From the NCBI RefSeq assembly GCF_009914755.1, contig NC_060926.1: 64,000 nt of DNA; one strand, 5' to 3'. Position 1 is the stretch's first letter, and each line of letters begins with the position of its first letter. Source of the stretch: the human T2T-CHM13v2.0 reference genome, Homo sapiens. The position numbers were made by a program, and so were the translations under genes. Of this stretch, positions 29,314 to 51,023 are shown in pieces. The notes under the pieces are model-generated. The model had not been told where the DNA came from and did no database searches. It saw nothing but the letters and a program-made list of their open reading frames with translations.

Positions 29314-31145
29314 ACCTGCACCCGGAGTTTGGGTGTAGCCTTGGGTTCTGGGTGGCACTGGGACTTTACATCTCCCGAAAAGCCTGGGCAACCCTTGCTT
29401 CTCTATCAAAGGGGATCCTGGCTCTAGGTCCCCAAAGTCACTGTTTACCATAGGGGTCCAGAGAGGCAGGAAGGACCGGTCACCAAAACTGGGACCCTTT
29501 GTGTCTGCTGATGGGCAAGTGGCCAAAAATGGGCGAGACCATGGGGCTGGAGCAAGGGGCGCTTTCTCTGCCTACTGGGCCTTTCCTCTAGAAGCAGCGG
29601 AAGGCGTTCTCTGGGCTGGAGTTTTCTCACCTGTGCAGTTTTTGGAGCTGACTTGTTTTCCTTGCATGCAACTGTGGGGAGCTGTGGATTCTGTAACATG
29701 AAGCTTTGTTTCCTCTGTTGCCCAGGCCCTGCTTAAAGGCTTTTCTGTGAGAACGTGCGAACAGGGAGAATGTGGGCGTTCCCCCGAGCCCTGTAGAGTC
29801 CTGTCCACACTAAGCAAGTGTGGGACAGGGTGAGGACGGCTGGGGCGGGGCCCTCCCTACCTTCTGGGAGCCGGAGGGTTAATCTCCGTAGCTCATTGGC
29901 AGTCCTGCCTCTGTACAGGGCATGCTGGGATTTCCTCCCAGCTGTTTTACATCACGAAGATTTGTGTGTTGGGGAAATTCCAGGGCACAGCTGCAATTAA
30001 TCTGCTCCATGGCTCCAATCAAAGCAAGGATTCTGTAGGATGGATTCTCCGCCTTCCTGCAGGAAAGGGGGCTCTAGCTCTCTAGTGACAGCATCCTTCA
30101 GAGGGACCCTTCCCGAGATCCACGTTGAGCAGAAACAGCCCGCCTGGCCAAGTGCTCGCCCCAAGGAGGGCTCTAAGGAGGGGCCCAAAACATTGAGAAA
30201 GAGAGGAGCAGAGCCCCTCTGAATAATAAAGCCACAAGGACACTGATGGCAACACTCGATAAAGATGTCACCCAAAGAAAAGAAAACTTTGTTCACCTTT
30301 ACTTAGGAATGTAAAAGTCAAAAATTTAAAACATGACTAGCATTCCACAATACAGCGTAAGAAGGAACAAACCACCATGACCAAATAGGGCTTACCTGGG
30401 AAATGCAAAAATGCCTTCATGTAAGAAAATCTATTGCTATATATACATCTCATAAATGAGTCAAATAAGAGAAACCACATGACCATTTTGGTAAATGCCG
30501 AGAGAAAAATGCAACAACTGCTCCAATGAAAACAATGTAAAAATAGGATTAGAATCATCCTTCCTTAATGAGGTAAAGACATGTTTTAAACCACAGCCTC
30601 AGTCTACTTAACTGTGAACCACAGTAGCAGAACCCCAGTCCCCAGAAAAGTGTTTCTCAGATTCAGTGAGATTGGAAAACTGTGTATCTGTCCTGTCTTA
30701 GATAGTCATAACATATGTAAATCGAAGACAGTAGTACCTGCCGTTTGGGTTTGGTGTTTTCCTTTCTATTTTTGAGCATCCAAAAGCGGGTATTTAACCC
30801 ATAGAAAGCACCCCAGAAGTGGGAGCGATCGCTATTGCCAGGCCATCAGTTGCATTGATGCCATTCATCACCATTTCAATGTGTTACATTCCAGTGGGCA
30901 TCCCCCAGGAGGGAGGTGGCTGGACCAGCCCGTGTACACATCTTCGCTATGGGCTGAAGCCCAGCCACGACACACTGGTCAGGAGCTGGGCCTTGCAGAG
31001 CCAGTTAAATGTAGCCTAGACTGGGCATGGAGAAACCAGCAGTTTTAACCTGCCCACATACCATTACCATGCAAAGAATCTAAGCACAGTCAGCCATCAC
31101 TTACTTCCCCAAGGACATGCTCCCACCCATGAGTGATTGCCCTCA

Positions 31146-31337
<192 letters not shown>

Positions 31338-32051
31338 AGAAGCACTTTATTTCCACTCTAGTTGGGCTAGGCCTGATGCTAGGAATTCAGAACTACCTGG
31401 CCATCTTCAAATGTCTAGTACTGCAGTGGAAGAGGATTACAAGGGTTGTCACTGGCTCCTGCTGCCCCAATTCACGGTTCTGGGAAGTTCAACTGTCCTT
31501 TCCTCAGAGTTGTGATGCAGAGGCCGTCCATGGCCAAGCTGTAGGGGCTCCAAAGTCTTAGAGCTCTTCCTCCTCCCCCCGTCACTCATCTCCAAAACTT
31601 AAAAAGACAAATAGAAAAGGGAAAGTCACGATCCTCCACACTCCTGCCTCCCAGAGTGAGTCCCTCCCTACACACCGCCCCTGCACCACCCCAGGCATGG
31701 CTGGAGCAGGGTCAGTCCCGGTGAGATGCTCACTGTTCCCAGGACCACCTCTCCCTTCTGGTCTTTTCCCTCACACTGCCTGACTTGTCTGTAAGGGGCC
31801 AGGTATCAGTGGTAGGCACGACCAGTGTGGTCTCCTCCCAGCAGAAGCCAAGACTTCTTGTTACATAGATAAAACAAGTACATGGTCAGACACCCAAAAG
31901 AGTGGCTGTTACTGAAAACCCTTACTATGAATGTGTGTACAAAATACAAGCATACATAAATGTACCTGTACCTTGATATCCCCAGCACCAAGGCAGACAA
32001 ACCCTCATGGAGCTTGCAGTCTATTGGGTGCCAGCTCCTTGGCCACTAGAG

Positions 32052-32272
32052 CAGTGATTCTCAGTTGCGGGAGGGAAGATTCTCTCCCTCAGCCCCAGGA
32101 GACATTTGGCAAAATCTGGAGACATTTCTGATGATCTATATGGGAGTGCATCGGCATTTAGTATTATAGTTAGAGGCCAAAGATGTTGTTAAACTTTCCA
32201 GGACAGCCCACCACCCCCAATAAAAAAAGTATCCAGCCCAAAATGTCATAGTGCTGAGCCTGAGAAACCCTG
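32052..32272 (+). mobile_element. MER20 hAT-Charlie element
   Basis: CAGTGATTCTCA...GGAGACATTTGGCAAAATCTGGAGACATTT...GAGAAACCCTG. Confidence 0.75.
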
Positions 32273-32864
32273 CACTACAGTCCTACAAGCCGACTCTGCC
32301 AGACAATCTATAAGGTCACTTGAGAGGATTATTTAAGACCCAAAACTCTAGCACCATCCCAGACTAGGGTTTACATTTCTTTGGACCACCCCCATATGAT
32401 CTAAGGACATCCCTGGTAAGCCAACAAGAATGAATGTGTGTCTTTGTGGCCCTAAATAGGGGGCAGATGCTGGTAGAGTTGATGGATTTTTAGGTACCCA
32501 TCTATCCTGTTTAATATTAGGGGGTATAGATTTGGGATACTTCTCTTTAGCACCTGGTAGTTGTTATTGTAGTTTAATTTTTAAAACCAGAAATGTTCAA
32601 GTTGTTGCTTCTAGAAAAACGAGTGTGGTGTTTAGGCTTCAAGTGCAAGCTCTGGGCACCTTCAGCATCCCTCCAGGAGAACACTGACATGCATGGACCC
32701 ATTCTGTTTCTGGGTGGCCAGCCCCGTGCAAGACAGAGAAGGAGAGAGAAAACACATCCGAGCAAAGAGAAGGCTGCGGGTGGAGAGTTGAGGAAGACAG
32801 TCTTAGGAAAAGCTTCGTGACTTGGTCTTGTGCAAGGTGTGGGATTTGAAGTCCAGAGACCTAG

Positions 32865-33232
<368 letters not shown>

Positions 33233-33860
33233 TAGCTCCTTTTAAAATTTGGGATAGTCACCCCTACTTGTCATTGCAGGGTTGATGTGCAGATTACACT
33301 GGGTTTTGTGTGTGAAAATGCTTTGACAAGTGCAAATGTAGCACAAATGTTATTCACAGTGAAAATGAGTTTTAACTATTGATACCAATATTTGCCCAGT
33401 GCTTTTAACTTGCCACAGGCATTGAAATCCCAGTTAATTCATGTCGGGTGTGTGGGCTCTGGGTAGGGCAAGGGATGGGTGGTGGTGGGAAGGGAGGAAG
33501 AAGATAGGGTCAGCAGAGGACAGGGACAGAGGTGACACCCCATTTGAGGGCTGAGGGGTGGGGGTACAGAGGTCGCAAAGTGAAAAGACTGTCCTAATTC
33601 ATAGGGCTTCATTCCCACTTCCCACCAGGTCTCCCGCGCCAGGCCTGCTTGGCCCATCCCATGTGCTAGTCTGGCCTGTGGCACGTGTGACCTTAAGTTG
33701 TTGTTCCTGCCCATGGACACCTTTTTGAAAGCCCAGTCAGTCCCTGCCATCTTGGTCAAGACTTATGGTGAATGAAGAGCAAAGGGGCCTTCTGGGGCTC
33801 TTCCCATCGCCCTCCTGCTCCTGTACACAGCAGAGCCAGATTGTGATTGATTTTTCCTGA

Positions 33861-34479
<619 letters not shown>

Positions 34480-34687
34480 TGATAATAACCTTGCCTTACA
34501 GATGCTGAAACTGGGACTCAGAGTTGTTAATCACTCATTCAGGGTCACACAGCCTATGTTGGCAGAGTAAGAGCCTGAACCCATGAATGCAGGGCTCCGG
34601 AGCCCAGAAGGGCCCTTCCCAGTGCTCCTGACTGCTGCTCCACTCAACTCATTCTTTCTAGGCTCTTGGCAAGGACTGTGCCATGCC

Positions 34688-34700
34688 AGAGAGAGAGAGA

Positions 34701-34744
<44 letters not shown>
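34688..34744. repeat. Compound (GA)n(GT)n microsatellite
   Basis: Read directly from the sequence. Confidence 0.95.
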
Positions 34745-34745
<1 letters not shown>

Positions 34746-35396
34746 GGGGAAGTACTGTTTGGTTTGGGTTTTTTGCACTGACATGAGAAAGAATGGGGTG
34801 CTGGGTAATCTTTTTCAGGGTTGAGAGACGCTATAATGAAGGAAAGCTCAGCATCCTTGAGTTGGGGTAGGTGTTGCCCATGACTCTGTGTCAGGCAGAT
34901 GGCTTTTATTCATTCATTCCCAGATACTTCTGGATGGCTGTTTCGTAGGGAGCATTGTGTGTGGATGTCGTAAGTGATGGAAATGGATGGGGCAGGATGG
35001 CCATCTGGGAGCCTCTGCCTCCTTGGTCAGCCCTGCGTGTCCATGACTACAGCATAGGGAGGGGACTTGAGCCTCACTAGTAGGTTCTTTGAATATGTTG
35101 ATTGGTTGTGCTGGAATGGATCGGTTCTCTCCACCACTTAAAGTTCAGCTTAGTTGTCATTCGTGTCCCCCCGCCCCAAAATGACATAGGGCGTGGTGAG
35201 GCTGGTAGTGATTGTAAATATATGCTCGCTCCTGTTATAATCGTTTGGAAATTGACCCAGTACAGGGCATGTGGCATGAAAATGCAGGCCACCCCAATGG
35301 CCTGCCCCGGTGCCCTAACAGCAGAGCCCAGCAAACTTTGAGTACTTGTGAGGCCTCATCTCACCAACAGCTTTTTCTTTTCTGTTCCCTGTGCAG

Positions 35397-35480
35397 TACC
35401 TGCAGATGAAATGGCCCCTCCTCGATGTCCCCTCCAGCGCCACAGTCAAGGACACGAGGTCACCATCTCCAGCACACTTG
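35397..35480 (+). CDS. TCF7L1: TCF7L1 exon 4 ([28 protein letters not shown])
   Basis: Polypyrimidine tract + CAG acceptor, TTG|GTAAGT donor, 84 nt, phase 0/0; peptide recognised as TCF7L1 context-regulatory domain. Confidence 0.96.
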
Positions 35481-35879
35481 GTAAGTCTGTTTCACCTTAA
35501 AGCACCAAAGGGCCACTATTAGTGGCCTCATCCCATGCCACTGCCTTCTGCCATCACGCTGAAGCAGATGGGGTCCAACAGTGTTTCCTCAAATGTGTGA
35601 GTACAGTGAGGAAGAGCTGAGTGCTTGGGGCTAACAATTGGGTTGTGACCTCAACACACACACCACACCGCCTCAGATGTTTTGTAATTGGAATAGCCGT
35701 CCCCCAACCCCCATGGCCCTGGCTGCTCACCCTGGTTCATCACGGAAGCCTGCCTGTGATCCTTCCCGGCTGCCATCTGAACCCGCTGCCCACTTCACGT
35801 GGGCAAGGGTGGCTTCTCTGTCCTGTTGAGGCTTACCCAGAATTGCCTCCTCTTCTCCCTCATAGCTGCCAGGCAATAG

Positions 35880-36211
<332 letters not shown>

Positions 36212-36854
36212 GAAGAGGCTCTTCTGTACAGGATGTTATAGGAAAGAATTCAATAGGACGTATGCAAACAAATGCTCCTCAGGGCAGCCGAGCCTCTTCT
36301 GCCAGGCCCTGTGGCAATACCAGCTGGAAAGGAGGGTCTGGACAATCCTGGGAGACAGGAGCAGTGGATCCAGGCAGTACCTCTGGCCTCCTCAGGACAT
36401 GCAAAGGACTGAAACCCAAAGCTGATAAGAGATGCTCCTGGAACAGAACCAGATATCCTACTTTCCTGGGCTTTTCCTGGGTGCTTGGGTCAACACTTGC
36501 CTTAAGATGCACTCACCCCACAAGCTAACTGGTGCTCGCCGACTGTACAGTGAGCCTCAGAATCAGGGAATGCGGTTAGAAGGGACCCTCATCCTGCATG
36601 ACCTATGCATTTTACAGACGAGCAGACATAGGACTTCACTGTTACTGCCCTGTACTAGGTATTAGGCGTTGGGCTTCTATGATGTTTATTAAAGTTTAAT
36701 TACAGAAAATTTTAAAGATGTATCAAAGTAGAGAGAATTACATAATGAATCCCCATGTTCCCTTCACCCAGAATTTCCCTCCTGCTACATAGGGGATTTA
36801 AAGTGAATCCCAGACATTACTTCATCTCATAGGACATTTTGAGAGATACTGATA

Positions 36855-37254
<400 letters not shown>

Positions 37255-37543
37255 TCAGGAGACCTGCTCCTGTGGAGCCCTTGGGAGTTTACAGTGGGAT
37301 CTACAGTGGGATGCCACATGCAGCTCTCAGGTGATTGTCACAGCCATCACCAGGGAGTCAGGCAAGGATGACAGTGGAAGGAACCGTGAGTGCGGGACCA
37401 GCCATCCGGGAAAGGCAGCAGGTTCTGCAGCCAGTCGCCAAGGCACAAGCTGCTGTTGAACAAGCACTCCACACCTCAGGCATAAGCCAGGGTAGTGGCT
37501 TTGGCCCAGAGTCCCACTTGGGATAGCCAAGCACGAGGCGCGG

Positions 37544-37556
37544 GTGCCCTCTAGTG
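37544..37556 (-). promoter_or_regulatory. CTCF motif (CCACTAGAGGGCA on the minus strand)
   Basis: Close match to the CTCF core consensus. Confidence 0.5.
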
Positions 37557-37811
37557 GTGCCAGTCAGCCCTGGTGGAGGATGTGCGGACCACATCTGCCC
37601 ACCCTAGACCTGGCTCGTGCCCTGCACCTCCCCCCAGTGCAGCCATCTCTGTTTCAGATCTGTGCCTTCCTCTACCTCTCCTGTGCCGTCTGCCAGCCCA
37701 CTCCTGAAGACCTGAGATGGCTGGGTCCTCTGTCTTAGTTTCTCTCTGCATATTGTCTCATCTCCATCTACTTTTCAAGAATGTTATTTCCCTTTAAAAA
37801 CTAACACATGA

Positions 37812-38855
<1,044 letters not shown>

Positions 38856-41121
38856 CTAACACGTGTACTCTGAGTTTCCCATTCTTCCTTTTGCACAGAG
38901 CAATCCTCTGAGAAATGAAAGAAAAACCCTGTGTTCAGCCTTCCTGTTCCTGTGAGCACCGTCCTGTTTCTTTTTTATTGTTTACCGCCTGACTTCCCAC
39001 ACCTCTGTCACCTCCTTTATTCTGCCACTCCACTGCAGCCCGGCTTAGCGCTTCAGTCACCATCGAATAACTAACTCCACTCATTTTCCTGCTTTTTTGC
39101 AACACAGCCGACAGCCAAGGCCTGACTACTCTCTGCTTCCTGTAAATCTTATCATTGACTCCAAGATACTGTATTAATACACATAATCAGTTGTTTGTCT
39201 TTTTGAAGCTTCCATTTTCTTTCTAGACTTTTATTCAAATAAATCAACTCTTCATCATCACTTATTCCTCTCAATGTTTGTGACAGAAAAAATATATAAA
39301 ATCCCATCAAGAGAGCTGTAGAACTCTCAAGAAAGTTCTACACCCGTAGTTCCAACTGCCAAACAAACATCTAACCATTGCAGATGTGTGCTCTGCAAAT
39401 AATAACTCAGCATTGTGGTGGAGCAGGGGTCCCTTATTTTGTCTAAGGGCAGAGAAGCATGAACCGTTGCCACACATGGCATTATAGATAGCAACATGGA
39501 TAGTTTTCTAGTAAATTTTATATTACCGTAGTCTATATTATAATATAGCAAAGCAGACACAGGCCTCAAAAACTTAAGGAACATTTATGGGAGAAAATCT
39601 TAACTGGGAATTCAACAGATGGGGAGAAGACCATCATTCTCAGTTTTTGAGGCAGAGCATCTCATTCCAACGAGAGGTGTGTACGTGCAGGAGCAAAACC
39701 TGAGACACCCGGGGAGGAGGGTATATGAGTGGGAGGCTGTATAATACACTTGGTTGCAATCCCAGATCCACCTCTTTCTATTTATGCAGCTCCAAGCAAA
39801 TTACCTCATCTCTCTTTGCCTTGGTTTCCTCATCTATTAAATGGGGATTAGAAGAGACTGACTTCATAGAGTCGTTGTGCGAAAATGAGCCAGTGTATTG
39901 TAATGAGTCTAGAATTGTGCCTCTACCACAAAATAAGTCCTCAATAACTATTAGCTTACTACTCCCAGCGTCACCACCACCACTACCGCTACCTCTACTA
40001 TTATTAAATGAGAGGGAAAGAACAACGAAAATACTGTTTAATTAGCAAAACTAAGAGGTAATGAGGGCCTGAATTAGGTGCCAGAACAAATGGACAGATT
40101 GCAGAGGTAACAGAGATAATGAGCCTATAGAATTTAGCATCTAATCCCCCAAGGATATGATTTAATTGGTCTGGGGTGCGGCTGGTATCTTAGTTTTTAA
40201 GCTCCCCAGGAGATTCCAAGGGGCAGCCAGAGTCGAGGATCATTGTTGTAATTGCAAATCACAAACCAGAGGCGGAGTGGAAGGAGGACCTAGAGACATC
40301 CCAGTTTACTCCATGCGGCTCTCCAGGCTAGACGTGTGAGCAGAACTTGAAGGTTTTTCGGAGGGAGTCACAGAGGTTTGGACACCGGCTTTTTTGTTAA
40401 AATACTTGAGATTATGAAATGTATTTTAGAGTCAGGAGTAAAATATTTAAGGTGAGGTTTGCCCTGGGAGTAGAGCAAGCGAAGGAAACAGCCTGCATAC
40501 TTGCAGAGATTTAGTGAGTCATGTAGAAGCTGCCTAACAAGGAAGTATGTCTAAGCAAGTCACAACTGGGCCCGGGTGCGGGATGAAGTTAAGTGCTTAA
40601 TAATTTGGACTTTACACCTTCAAAACAAGCTCTAAAGACTAACAGTAACATTGTATAAGCAACTATTTGTAAGATCCGATCAGTGTAATTTCATCACTTG
40701 CAGATTATTATCCAGACCCCTCACCATGGCCCCACATGCCAGGTGCCTGTCTTCCCTCCAGTGTCCCCCAGGAGCACTGTGTCCAGCCACGCAAAACACA
40801 TATATGCCCCTCTAGAATATAAGCAACACGAAGACAGGAATCGCATCTGAGCGCCTGTTGTAATGCTCGGGAGCATTTGTTGAATGAATGGAAGAATGAA
40901 TGGTCTGGTAAAAAGTTAATACCCCTTCTCTACCCACATTTACCCAAGATCCAACCCCTTTTTTCATTCAGAACTGTTTTTTAATTTTAAAAAATATTTT
41001 TTTGAAACCGTAAAAGTAATGCATGCACTGTGTAGAACTCTTGGGAAAATGCCAGAAAGCACAGAAAAAGATCTATAATCCCACAACCCACAAACATTTT
41101 GTTAAATAGTATTTCAGTCTG

Positions 41122-41123
<2 letters not shown>

Positions 41124-41159
<36 letters not shown>
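41124..41159. repeat. (GT)n microsatellite
   Basis: Read directly from the sequence. Confidence 0.95.
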
Positions 41160-41162
<3 letters not shown>

Positions 41163-41563
41163 CTTATAACTTGCTCTCTGATGACCAAAATGCTTCCTGT
41201 CCAGGTAGATGCCTAATAAATTCTGCTGAGTTACAGGCAAATGGGGCCAGAGACCCAGAGACCAGGAGACAAATAATCCAGATAACTTGGAAATGGTTGC
41301 AGTTCTCCAAAACTTTAGAGTGACTTAATCCAGCTTTTTGGAAAATGGTCAGATATTCAGGGGTTTTTTAATGCAAATTTTAGCTGTTAGGCTGAGCATC
41401 CAGAATCAGAAAAGGGACCTAGAGAGTAAGGAGTTGAGGGATAGAGGAAGGTGTAGAGAAAAATCTAGATGAGGTTAGTGCAAAGGCAGAAATATCTACC
41501 ACCTTTGAAACTTTGCCACCTCTCTCTTCCTGGTTGCCTTTTATTTAAACATTTTAAAAATAG

Positions 41564-42382
<819 letters not shown>

Positions 42383-42559
42383 TCCCCATTTTTAAGATAT
42401 AATTTACATATAGTGAAATTCACATGAGTATATAGTTCTGTGAGTTTTGACAAACTTTTGCAGTCATACATGAGTTCACCACAATCAAGATATAGAACAG
42501 TTCTCCTAGTCAGCTTAGCTTGGTATGAAAAGTAAAAATAAAAAAGATATAGGACAGTT

Positions 42560-43420
42560 CTGTGTTAGGGTTCTCCAGGGAAACAGAACCAAGGTGATGT
42601 ATGTATATATAGCGAGTGAGTGAGTGAGTGTGAATGTGTAGAGGGAGAAAGATTTAAGAGGGTAAGCTGGCAGGCTGGAGACTGGCAGGAAAGAGTTACA
42701 GTCTAAGTCTAAAGGCAGTCTGCTAGCAGAGTTCTATTCAATTTAATGCTCAAGAATAATCCTCTTTGGCACCATTCATTCTCTGTCCTTCCAGCCCACC
42801 AGGATGGGAGCTGGGAGCTGTGCCCCTGAGGCCCTGGGCGGCAGCCACACCTTGTGAATCCCCTCTTGGGGTCATTCTTCCCTCTTCTTGAAAGATAACA
42901 AATGTTTGCAGCCACATCACTGTAGCCCATTCTGTAGAAGTCTGACAGCCTTCCTTCCCTTTGTCCTGTCTTTGTCCATTTTAATCCAAAAGGGCAGTAT
43001 TTCTGCTGAGGTGGTTGGTTGAATCCATGCTTCACAGCCCCAGTCTCATTATCTGATCGTCCAGCCACACCATTGGTGTTCTCTTAGGAACACACCTTCT
43101 CATTTTTTTGCAATGAGGCTAGGCTGAGAATTTTCTAAATTTTCAAGTTCTGGTTCCTTTTTGCTTAACAATAATTTACTTCTCACATTTTACTACAAGC
43201 AGTAAGGAGAAACCAAGCCACACCTTCAGCACTTTGCTTAGAAATAACTTGTGCTGAATATCTAAATTCATCACTCACAAGTTCTACCTTTCACAAAACA
43301 CTACAAAATAACTCAGCCATGTTTCTTCCCACTTTGTAACAAGAATCGCCTTTCCACTAGTTCCAATAACATGTTCCCCATTTCCATCTGAAGCCTCACC
43401 GGAAGCACCTTTAACATCCA
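42560..43420 (-). mobile_element. MLT2-like LTR fragment and MaLR internal sequence
   Basis: AGGGTTCTCCAGGGAAACAGAACCA LTR motif followed by MLT/MST-int-like sequence. Confidence 0.55.
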
Positions 43421-43673
43421 TATTTTTGGGGTTTTGTTTTTGTGTGTATGTGTTTGTTTTGGTTTTAGTTTTGGTTTTGGTTTTGGTTTTGGTTTTGGTT
43501 TTAGGACGGAGTTTCACTCTTGTCACCCAAGCAGGAGTGCAATGGCACATGATCTCAGCTCACTGCAACCTCCACCTCCTGGGTTCAAGAGATTCTCCTG
43601 TCTCAGCCTCCCGGATTTTGGTTTTTTGTGCTTTGTTGAGAGACAGGATCTCACTCTGTCACCTAGGCTGTAG

Positions 43674-44226
<553 letters not shown>

Positions 44227-44478
44227 GGTCATATGTATTTTTAAGGGAGAATGGGAACATTTCAATGGTAGCTGCCTTTGGGAAGTGGGGAGGAGCATAA
44301 GACTGGTGGAGTGTTTAAGAGGATTTAACTTTCTGTGATGTTTTATTTAAGAAAAAAAGAACAAAATTTAAAAGCTATAAAAACAATCCCACATGGCAGG
44401 TTTTGGGTGTGGTATCATTCTTTATACTTTTCTGTATTTCTCAAAAAATATTTTTGTAGACTTTATGTCTTAAGTTAG

Positions 44479-44814
<336 letters not shown>

Positions 44815-45078
44815 TAACAAACAATTCAGTGGCTTACATTAGTAAACATTTCTTTTTCCACTGATGGACCTGTGGGTCACTTGGAGTGGCTGTTTTAGCT
44901 TGTTAAGGGGGAGGTTCAGGTCTTCTCCACATGGCTCTTATCCCAGGACCAGTGGCTATCCAGGTCATGTCCTTCTCATGGCATGTGGCAGATACAAAAG
45001 AAGGGAAGCAGATTGAAAGCTTCCTTTCACTTCATTTCATGTCCACTAATATTCCATTGGTCAGAGCAAGTCATAAGG

Positions 45079-45506
45079 TGATATGGTGTGGATCTGTATC
45101 CCCACCCAAATCTTGTGTCTAACTGTAATCCCCAATGTTAGAGGTAGGGCCTGGTGGAAGGTGACTGAATCACGGGAGTGGTCCTTCATGAATGGTTTAG
45201 CACCATCTCCTGGTGCCATTCTTGTGATGGCGAGCAAGTTTTTATAAGATCTGGTCATTTAAAAGTGTGCAGGACCTCCCCCCACTCTTTCTGTCTTGTT
45301 CCTCCTCCACCAAGTAAGATGCGCCTGCTTCCCTTCACCTTTCTCCATGATTAAAAGTTTCCTGAGGCCTCCCCAGGAGCCGAGCAGGTGCCAGCATCAT
45401 GCTTTCTGTACAGCCTGCTTAACTGTGAGCCAATTAAACCTCTTTTCTTTATAAATTACCCAGTCTCAGGTATTTCTTTATAGCAATGCAAGAACAGACT
45501 AATACG
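45079..45506 (+). mobile_element. MST-family (MaLR) solo LTR, probably inserted in an older MLT1 LTR
   Basis: TGATATGG start, ...AATTAAACCTCTTTTCTTTATAAATTACCCAGTCTCAGGTATTTCTTTATAGCA...CTAATAC end; 5-bp TSD TAAGG/TAGGG. Confidence 0.85.
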
Positions 45507-45913
45507 TAGGGGCAAGTCTAATACTGATGGGGCAAGGGAAGGAAAGAGAATTATAAATAAATAGTAAAAGCAAACACATGGCTACATCCTGACCTATTGA
45601 TCTTGTTTAGCATTTGAGATTCAAGAATGTAGAACATACTCTAAACAGAAATAAATTATTGCAAGTGTTAACAGTCTCGTGTCCAAGTACTTCCTGTCAG
45701 AGTTTAGCATCTTCAGTAGGATCAAAATTAGAATTTCTCTTGGTTGTCGTCTTCTCAGTATTAGAAGGACCCTACCAATACTGTTTAGACACTGGCAGCA
45801 TCTTCCTTATCATCCGGTTGGTGGGTCTCTTGAGCAGGCATCGGAGTCATCTGGGGAACTTGTTAAAACAAAGATTGCTGAACCCCACCCCTAGAGTTTC
45901 TGATGGAATTTAG

Positions 45914-46242
<329 letters not shown>

Positions 46243-46644
46243 GAGCATTGGGAATTTTAAAAGCTCTCTGGATGATTTCAACTCTGGGTGAATCACACTT
46301 TGCAGAGTTTGATTCAGTGGGTCGCGGTAGGTCGAGCCTGAGAATTTGCATTCTAACAAGTTTCCAGGTGATGCTTATGCTGCTGGTCTGGGGACTGAGC
46401 TTTGAGAACCACTGGCATAGGGACATTGTCTGCACTAGTAATGGTAAACACCCAGTTTTAGCATTGCAAATTGGGTCACTCTCAGAAGCAAACTGGAGAG
46501 TTTCATGTCAAATTATTGATTGCTGAGCCAGTGCTGGATGCTCTCTGAAAGAACATCAATAGCTCTGCCCCAGCTTTGAGCTGAGAAACCTGACGCTGCT
46601 TAACATGCCAATTCTCAAAAATATTCATTGGAATTTCCCTTTTA

Positions 46645-48560
<1,916 letters not shown>

Positions 48561-49450
48561 CATCGTTCCTTCTGTTCATTTCTGCTGTTGAGCTTCAGCG
48601 TCTTTGAAATTCTTACTCATGTCTCCCAGCCCATTCGTCTTTGTATAGACTGGAGTTGACATTGTGGCAAGTCACATTTGTGCCATTTGTAACTGTGATG
48701 AGAAAGTCGCTGATAGATACAGAGAAAAAAAATTAAAAACCATTCTACAAATAGTGTTTCTAAAGAAGAGACCAAACTGAAGGAAAAGAGGCAATTAAGA
48801 AAGTTAAAATGGGCTCTAAAAACAAAAACTTGAATTTATGGATTGAAAGAGCTCCTTTGAATTCTATAAAACTCAATGAAAATTGACATTCACCTAGACA
48901 TATCCTAAAAACAGTTCAAATTGCAAGGGTTTAGAAATGTTTTCCTTCAAGCACCCATGCAGAAGAGAAAAAAAGGCAAATGCCAAAGGAACAAAAATAA
49001 AGGTAACCTTAGGGCTGTCTTTTGCCACCCTTAATGCCAGCAAACAGTGGGAAAAGAAGAGTTTGGGTAAGGAAAGGCTTATCCCAAGAATGACAAATCC
49101 TGTCCTACTTGCAAAGACCTCAGAAACATACCATTGCTCAGAAGGACCTGAAAGCACATTCCAGGTCCCAGAGTCTTTTCTCTCTCCTATTGCCCTGCAG
49201 AGACTCTTGACTTACCTTCACATTTTTCGTAGCCTGCAGCACACCACTTTCAGGAGCTCAGAAAGTATTTGTTGACCCATCCGTACAGACCCTCATTCTC
49301 CTCTCTGCTGCAGCCCACTGGCCTGCCGTGGGTCCTCACACGTGCTATGCCAGGCATACTACACTAGTGTTTCTTTGGCCAAAATGTCCTTCCCCACAAT
49401 CAACGTGTCCAGCTCCCCACTTCTTTCAAAATGTGAAAGTCATGCTCTCA

Positions 49451-50409
<959 letters not shown>

Positions 50410-50859
50410 GCATGTGAGAGAGGACACATGGCTTCCTAGGGAGACCAGAGTTTAAAGACCTTTGTCTTGTACCAACTCTAGAAACAGACTGAAATAGACG
50501 GGAAACACCTGAGCTAGAAAGAGCTGGCTTGCAGCGCTTGCCTGAAGGATTTAGGTCTGAGGTGGCTCTCAGGGGCTCTTTGGATGCATCTGGATTCAGC
50601 TTCCTGGCCATGCACACCCATGCCCACGCTTGTGTGTTTTGTCCCTGTTGGGGTTATCCACAGAGGGGTGTGCGGTGGTTCCCTACATTCCTAGTCCTCG
50701 GTTTGGGTATATGCTGTGAACATCCTGCCCCTGGGGGCAGCTGAGGAGAGTAATGAGCAGGAACTTTTATTGGGACAGAAGCCTGCAAGGAGAACCTTCC
50801 TTCTAGGAGGCCACTATCTACTTACCGCCTTCCCTCCCGGTTCATTTTCTGGACAATGA

Positions 50860-50872
50860 TGCCACCTAGTGG
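50860..50872 (-). promoter_or_regulatory. CTCF motif (CCACTAGGTGGCA on the minus strand)
   Basis: Strong match to the CTCF core. Confidence 0.55.
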
Positions 50873-50945
50873 GAAACGGTAAGAACTCACACAGCATTTC
50901 GACAACTATACATAGATCTTCAAATAAAAATTTCCCTACTTTGTA

Positions 50946-51023
50946 TTAGGTTGGTGCAAAAGTAATTGTGGTTTTGCCATTAAAAGTATGGCCAAAACCA
51001 CAATTACTTTTGCACCAACCTAA
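50946..51023. mobile_element. MADE1 (Hsmar1-derived mariner MITE)
   Basis: TTAGGTTGGTGCAAAAGTAATTG terminal inverted repeats, TA TSDs, 78 bp. Confidence 0.95.

Noticed and set aside
28293-29321. Near-identical 60-135 aa ORFs on opposite strands
   Set aside because: By-product of the inverted repeat; no evidence of coding function
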